NCBI GenBank assembly: GCA_029246865.1
Contig: JAQWMI010000018.1
Coordinates: 44,650-108,649 of the forward strand
Direction of reading: 5' to 3'
Source: Alphaproteobacteria bacterium
GTDB taxonomy: Bacteria > Pseudomonadota > Alphaproteobacteria > HIMB59
DNA length: 64,000 nucleotides
The number at the start of each line of letters is the position of its first letter. Position 1 is the stretch's first letter. The notes beneath the pieces were generated by a model, which was not told where the DNA came from, searched no databases, and saw nothing but the letters and a program-made list of their open reading frames with translations. The position numbers and the translations under genes are program-made. Below, piece after piece: positions 59,088 to 64,000 of this stretch.

Positions 59088-60777
59088 AACTTAATATTAT
59101 AGTATTAGTTTCTACTAATTGTTTAGCATAATTTTCAGATTGATTATTAAGAAACTCATATATAATTATGTTTGTAAGAACTCTCTCAACAAATAGTCTT
59201 GTTTCTCTTGAAGGAATTGACTCTATCAGTAAAAAACTATCATCATTATAGTCAGTTTTTTTTGACCATTTAGAAAGATTGCCAGGCCCAGCGTTGTAAG
59301 ATATTAGAGTTTTTAATAAATCTCCTTGTATATATTTAGTTGAAAGTAGTGATTTAATATATTTAGTCCCAACATCTACATTTATTGAAGGATTGAATAA
59401 AAGTCTTCTATTTCCTAGAAAGTCCTTTTTTTTGTCCATCATTTTAGCAGTTGATGGCAGAACTTGCATGAGTCCATAGGCACTTTTACCACTTTTTGCA
59501 AAGGTACTAAATTGTGACTCCTGTCTTACGACACCCATAACAACATTTTTATCAAGACCATTGATATTTAAATCATCTAGCCATTTGGGTGAAGGGTATA
59601 ACAAATTTAAATCCGCAAATTCTCCAAACAATAATTTTGTAGTTTTAATTTGCATGGAACTTAAATCGTTATTCATCGCAAAACCTAAAATAATTTTTTT
59701 AAAAGACTCATTTGATATTTTTTGAGCTCTATTAATTTCAAATTCAGCAATACCAATTTCATTTATTTCTAATAATGCATCGATTCTTTGTCCTAATTTG
59801 GTTTGAGAAAATTGATCATAATTTTTATTCAATTCATTAAAATTTTTTCCTAAAGTAATATCGATAGGCTTATTTATTACAAAACAAGATAGTAAAGAGT
59901 ATAAATTATAGGGTTTTTGACATGTTCTCTCTAAAGCCTCAATAGAAGCCTTCATGATATCTTTTTTGTCTTGCATCTTAGAAGAAGAAATAAACGACCA
60001 GTAAGCTCCAGCAGACTCTAACCAATAATTATTAGCAATCTTAGATAAAATTAAAAAACTTTTGGAAGATTTTTCAAATTCTTGTTTTCTATAATGAGCT
60101 AATCCTTTAATCCATAAACCCTCTGAATAAGGGGCCTTAATGAAAGATTCATTTCCTAATGTTTTAATAGCTTTATCATCTAAGTTGGCTAGGTAATATC
60201 CGTTAGAAATTTTAGAGAGTAAAAAACTTTTTTCATAATCAGAGAAAATACTCTTGTTTTGGTTAAAATACTCTAGAGCTCCTGTAGGCCATCCTCTCCC
60301 AACTCTAGACCTTATAGTATTATATATGGATACTTTTTTAGAATAATTTTCTTTGGTAAATATCCTATTTCTATTGTTTGAAGTGTCTTTTTTGTCTTTT
60401 GTTTTGATAAGATATTTTTTCTCTAAAATAGGAGCTATGGGTTTTTTCGGACTTTTTCCACCTTCAGGCATCCTTCGAACTGCAAGTTTGTAAATCCTTT
60501 TTGATTCATAATGATCGTTATATTTTAAGAGCCAATTTTTTAGTTCTAAAAAAGAAGATCTATGTTTTGTGGGGTGCAATAGTTTTAAAGCCTCAACATG
60601 GCCTAATAAAATATCATTATCCAATTTAGCAATATTGATTTCTCCATCTGTAAAATTACCGTTTCTAAATTGATCAAATATTTTCATGTATAAGCCTTTA
60701 TCTCGTTTAGTGAGCGTTTGAGATTGAATAGAACTCATGAAAAATAAAATAATTATTAGAAAATACTTAAACATCAT
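59077..60777 (-). CDS. slt: Soluble lytic murein transglycosylase (Slt70-like)
   Basis: Signal peptide, superhelical N-terminal domain, and the C-terminal SLT domain VVRQESQFS...GLMQV...YNAG. Confidence 0.82.
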   Translation of the reverse strand: MMFKYFLIIILFFMSSIQSQTLTKRDKGLYMKIFDQFRNGNFTDGEINIAKLDNDILLGHVEALKLLHPTKHRSSFLELKNWLLKYNDHYESKRIYKLAVRRMPEGGKSPKKPIAPILEKKYLIKTKDKKDTSNNRNRIFTKENYSKKVSIYNTIRSRVGRGWPTGALEYFNQNKSIFSDYEKSFLLSKISNGYYLANLDDKAIKTLGNESFIKAPYSEGLWIKGLAHYRKQEFEKSSKSFLILSKIANNYWLESAGAYWSFISSSKMQDKKDIMKASIEALERTCQKPYNLYSLLSCFVINKPIDITLGKNFNELNKNYDQFSQTKLGQRIDALLEINEIGIAEFEINRAQKISNESFKKIILGFAMNNDLSSMQIKTTKLLFGEFADLNLLYPSPKWLDDLNINGLDKNVVMGVVRQESQFSTFAKSGKSAYGLMQVLPSTAKMMDKKKDFLGNRRLLFNPSINVDVGTKYIKSLLSTKYIQGDLLKTLISYNAGPGNLSKWSKKTDYNDDSFLLIESIPSRETRLFVERVLTNIIIYEFLNNQSENYAKQLVETNTIILSYDK

Positions 60778-61481
60778 CCTCCAATTTGTGCTTTAATATC
60801 TTTTAAATCTTGCCAAGCATCTTTTTTTAAATCAGTGTTATTCATCAATATTTTAGGCTCATAAAGCACTCTAGTCTTTTTTGGAATAGTGTCATTGGGT
60901 GTATTAAAATCAAACCACTTACCCCTCAAGGACATTGAGGATAAATCCGAACCTAATAACATTTTTATTGGAAAGTTACCTAGTAATATTAAATATTTCG
61001 GATTAATTAATTCTATTAGTTTATAGTTCATAAGTTGATTAAAAAGATTAAATTCCTCATTATCTTTCAAATCTTCTAATTGTCGGGGTATATACGAAAG
61101 AAGTGATATGTCATTTCTCGACATATCTATTGCATTAAGCATTTTATCAAAAAGTACTCCTTCTTCTCCGTCAATAATTTTAGTATCTGACTTTTTACAA
61201 TAACCATAGAAAAAAAGTATTTTTGAGTCTTTATTGCCCTCAACTAAATTTATATTATTATTTAATAATTTTAATGATTTTTCGACTAAAAAATTATGAA
61301 CTATAGATGTTAAATCATTAATATTTTTAGAGTCATAAGGATTTAGAGAGGTTTTACTAATTTTTATATTTTTTGGTTCAGGATTTGCAGCGGTTGATTT
61401 ATTTGAATTTATTTGAATTTTGAATTCTTCAATATTCATTAATTCCATTAAAATATTTTTTTGATATTCTTGATCTGTCAT
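60774..61481 (-). CDS. Uracil-DNA glycosylase family 4-like protein with degenerate catalytic motifs
   Basis: Collinear with alphaproteobacterial family-4 UDGs (LFDKMLNAI..R.D, LLG...K.LL......LRGKW, KKDAWQDL), but GEAPG is YGYCK and the HP motif is YEP. Only one Cys. I prefer ATG 61481 to the TTG at 61499. Confidence 0.62.
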   Translation of the reverse strand: MTDQEYQKNILMELMNIEEFKIQINSNKSTAANPEPKNIKISKTSLNPYDSKNINDLTSIVHNFLVEKSLKLLNNNINLVEGNKDSKILFFYGYCKKSDTKIIDGEEGVLFDKMLNAIDMSRNDISLLSYIPRQLEDLKDNEEFNLFNQLMNYKLIELINPKYLILLGNFPIKMLLGSDLSSMSLRGKWFDFNTPNDTIPKKTRVLYEPKILMNNTDLKKDAWQDLKDIKAQIGG

Positions 61482-63102
61482 GAGTCGTAAAACTAGCAAA
61501 TTTATTACAATCTTAATAGCCTATGTTTTTTTATTTTCTGTCCCTTTATGTTTAAATGCATCTAACAGCAATAATCTTTTAAGTATAATTCAAGCAGAGA
61601 GAAGTCATGATTATTATAGTTGGAGTGAACTAGACTCAAATAAAAATTCAGATGGTCTAATGGATGGCTATATTATTAAAAAAATAATAGTAAAAGATTG
61701 GGACCTTAAAAAAGTAAATTTGAAATCATCAAATTTTCTCAACATAACTCTTAATGGCCTCATTAACTTAGATAAAAAACAATGTAGAGATATTGCTTTT
61801 GACAATCAAAATCTACAATCTTTTGAAAATGCATTTTTACAAGCTTTTAATGCTTGGCAAATACATTGTAAAAATAAAAAAATTACCAAAAAATCACAAA
61901 TAAATTTTGATAATAATTTAAAAGCGATTGACCCAAATTTTTCTAATTTTATTGATTTTAATAAATTAAGTTATTTTTACTTTAATCAAAAAAAAGATGA
62001 ATTCATCAATCTTTATTCACAAATAAATTTTGAAAATTCTCAATTTATTAGTATCAATTTTAGAAAAATTATTTTTTTAAAAAAAATTTTAAAGGAATAC
62101 AATATAGATAGTTCAAATTTAGAATTATTCATTAACAAATACTATGCTCTCCTTGGCGATCAGAGGGTAGATAAATATTATAAAATTTTAAGCTATCAAC
62201 AATTAGTCTTTGAGCAAGCTTATCAGCTATCTAATTATTATAAGACATTAGAACGATATGAGAATTCTCTGGCTATTTTGTCTGTGCTCAGTGAGCTAGA
62301 TCCTGATAATAATGATCATTATTTAATTGATAAATATCAAATAATGCTTTCATTAACCAAAAATCAAAAAGTATTCAATCTTCTAAATACATTCAATTCA
62401 AAGTTAGAAATTTTGAATTTTATGAAACATAAACTATTTTTAGAATATGCCAGTTCTTTTAACATTAATAAAGAAGATGTAATGAATTATTATAATTCCT
62501 TAAATAATATTTCAGATCCTGATTTTCAACTAAATTTGGCTTTTGAGGTATCAAGTTTTCTTTATGCCACTGAGGACTTAGAGCAGTCCATCTCATTTTT
62601 GGAAAATTGTTGCTTTAAAATGATTCAAGAAACACAATCTATTGAGTATATATTTAGGTATGGAGCCCTTTTAGAGGAATCAAAAAGAACTTCTGAGGCT
62701 GAAGAATTTATTCTCAAAAGTATTGAATATTCAGGAGATAATCCTAGTCCAATCATATTAAATTATTTAGCGTATCTGTGGATTGAAATGGATAAAAATT
62801 TTGAAACAGCAGAAAATATGCTAGTAAAAGCTGTATCAGAAACTGAGGCTAATAATGGCGCAATACTTGATAGCTTAGGCTGGCTTTATTTTAAAAAAAA
62901 TAATTTTGATATTGCTGAAAAGTGGATTCATAGTGCGTATCTATTAGAACCTGCTGAACCGGAAATTATTGATCACTTATCTCAAGTCTATAAAGAACAA
63001 GGTAGAAACAAAGAAGCTCAGTATTTGGACGCTAAAATATTAAATTTTCATAAAAATTATTTTAGATTTGAAGAAGTCCAGAATAGAAATTATGAAAACT
63101 AA
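61480..63102 (+). CDS. Secreted TPR-repeat protein
   Basis: Signal peptide (FITILIAYVFLFSVPLCLNA) and C-terminal TPR-like repeats (LNYLAYLWIE..., LDSLGWLYFKKNNFDIAEKW). The position upstream of ispE is typical. Confidence 0.7.
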   Translation: MSRKTSKFITILIAYVFLFSVPLCLNASNSNNLLSIIQAERSHDYYSWSELDSNKNSDGLMDGYIIKKIIVKDWDLKKVNLKSSNFLNITLNGLINLDKKQCRDIAFDNQNLQSFENAFLQAFNAWQIHCKNKKITKKSQINFDNNLKAIDPNFSNFIDFNKLSYFYFNQKKDEFINLYSQINFENSQFISINFRKIIFLKKILKEYNIDSSNLELFINKYYALLGDQRVDKYYKILSYQQLVFEQAYQLSNYYKTLERYENSLAILSVLSELDPDNNDHYLIDKYQIMLSLTKNQKVFNLLNTFNSKLEILNFMKHKLFLEYASSFNINKEDVMNYYNSLNNISDPDFQLNLAFEVSSFLYATEDLEQSISFLENCCFKMIQETQSIEYIFRYGALLEESKRTSEAEEFILKSIEYSGDNPSPIILNYLAYLWIEMDKNFETAENMLVKAVSETEANNGAILDSLGWLYFKKNNFDIAEKWIHSAYLLEPAEPEIIDHLSQVYKEQGRNKEAQYLDAKILNFHKNYFRFEEVQNRNYEN

Positions 63103-63916
63103 ATTTAAAAGTTATTCTAAAGTCAATATTGATCTCAAGGTGATTAGTTATTTAAGGAAAATTCAAAAACATAAATTAAATTCGAATATAGCTATACTAA
63201 AATTATCTGATGATATTTATATTCAAAAAAGTATTAAAAATAATATTTTATATTTAGATGGTCGTTCCAAAAAAAAATTAATAATTCAAAATGATATAAT
63301 CCAAAAAACTATAAAATTTTTCGACAAGAAATATTCAACAAAGACTTCATTATCAATAAAAGTTATTAAATTTATTCCTATTGGTTATGGTTTGGGAGGT
63401 GGGTCATCCAATGCTTCAGTCGTATTAAAATACTTGTACGAACTTCATTCTATTTCTGACAGTAATTTTGATTTCGATTCTCATATGATCGGTTCTGATG
63501 TTTGTTTATTTAAAGATTTGATGCCAAAAAAAATTGATGGAATAAAGTCCTATGTAGCCCTGATTAAACCTTCTTACAGATGGAATAATATTTATTTATT
63601 ATTTCCCTCTAAAAAAAACCCTACAAATAAAATTTTTTCCCTTTTAAAAAGTATTCCTAAAAATACTTTTTTATCTACAGAGAATATGAGTTCTAATGAC
63701 CTATTATTGCCCGCAATGCATTATAATAAGGAAATGAGAGAAATAATTTTATTTTTGAAAAAATATTATAAATTATTTATTAAGTATGGAATGACAGGTA
63801 GTGGGTCAGGAGTTTTCATTATTTTTAGGACTAATTCTTATCAAAGATCTTTTTTTAATGAATTTAAAAGTCTTTTTCCACTTGCATCAATTGAAAAATC
63901 AGAATATTTCAGTTAA
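63092..63916 (+). CDS. ispE: 4-diphosphocytidyl-2-C-methyl-D-erythritol kinase
   Basis: KVNIDLKV N-terminus and the GHMP kinase motif IPIGYGLGGGSSNASV. I prefer ATG 63092 to the track start at 63068. Confidence 0.83.
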   Translation: MKTKFKSYSKVNIDLKVISYLRKIQKHKLNSNIAILKLSDDIYIQKSIKNNILYLDGRSKKKLIIQNDIIQKTIKFFDKKYSTKTSLSIKVIKFIPIGYGLGGGSSNASVVLKYLYELHSISDSNFDFDSHMIGSDVCLFKDLMPKKIDGIKSYVALIKPSYRWNNIYLLFPSKKNPTNKIFSLLKSIPKNTFLSTENMSSNDLLLPAMHYNKEMREIILFLKKYYKLFIKYGMTGSGSGVFIIFRTNSYQRSFFNEFKSLFPLASIEKSEYFS

Positions 63917-63931
63917 GTTCATGTAACTTGA

Positions 63932-64000
63932 TGGGGCGTAGCCAAGCGGTAAGGCACCGGGTTTTGATCTCGGCATGCGTAGGTTCGAATCCTACCGCCC
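63932..64000 (+). tRNA. tRNA-Gln (anticodon UUG), 3' end cut by the window edge
   Basis: Manual fold. Acceptor TGGGGCG. D arm GCCA-AGCGGTAA-GGC. Anticodon stem CCGGG/CTCGG with loop TTTTGAT. T arm GTAGG-TTCGAAT-CCTAC. Only CGCCC of the 3' acceptor strand is visible. Confidence 0.9.

Noticed and set aside
61396-61427. Short direct repeat ATTTGAATTT x2 (with a third partial copy) inside the UDG4-like gene.
   Set aside because: Only about 2.5 copies of a 10-mer of low-complexity AT sequence within an ORF. It encodes an unremarkable N-terminal linker (KIQINSNKS) and shows no sign of a CRISPR, satellite or regulatory array.

Overview
This is a very AT-rich window (roughly 30% GC by eye, not computed) and almost entirely coding. 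Its gene content and order are those of a streamlined free-living marine alphaproteobacterium, most plausibly SAR11/Pelagibacterales; that assignment is inference from synteny and composition. I support about 78 protein genes, 2 tRNAs (Leu-CAA, and a 3'-truncated Gln-UUG at the right edge), one candidate SAM riboswitch and one candidate MntR operator. Recognisable blocks, left to right:
- ung (truncated at the left edge), gloB
- metX-metW plus an unknown cistron
- hisC-tyrC, plsC, lysA, a small lipoprotein, argH, COQ7, DsbB-like
- a 10-TM metal transporter divergent from mntR
- an orphan Fe(III) ABC permease, LysE
- tRNA-Leu, flavin reductase, ribF, ileS, lspA, pgi
- rsmD, rluB-like, tadA, purD, xseA
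- a lipid A/Kdo/MsbA block (lpxL-like, lpxK, waaA, DUF374, msbA), ubiA, rsmE
- the aa3 oxidase cluster ctaC-ctaD-ctaB-(35 aa ORF)-ctaG-ctaE-DUF983-SURF1
- M32 carboxypeptidase, thrC, M16 peptidase, rnhA-thrB-ispH
- the F0 operon atpI-B-E-F'-F, smc, dsbA, DUF721, mutY, ccrM, rnhB, moaB, slt, a UDG-family-4-like protein, a TPR protein, ispE

I found no rRNA, CRISPR array, transposase, integrase, prophage or recognisable defence island. This looks like syntenic core genome, and I do not see a convincing novel multi-gene system. The observations most worth a second look are:
1. A MutY homologue with no cysteines, so no [4Fe-4S] ligands.
2. A UDG-family-4 orthologue that has lost both catalytic motifs and its cluster cysteines.
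3. An unknown His/Cys protein translationally coupled to metXW, behind a possible SAM-II-like leader.
4. An MntR/palindrome/10-TM PGCG-repeat transporter module.
5. A DUF983 gene whose conserved first CxxC lies upstream of any canonical start codon and in frame with ctaE.
6. Repeated CATG head-to-head start-codon overlaps between divergent genes.
7. An SMC about 300 aa shorter than usual.

All family calls come from reading motifs in the supplied translations. No database search was run.
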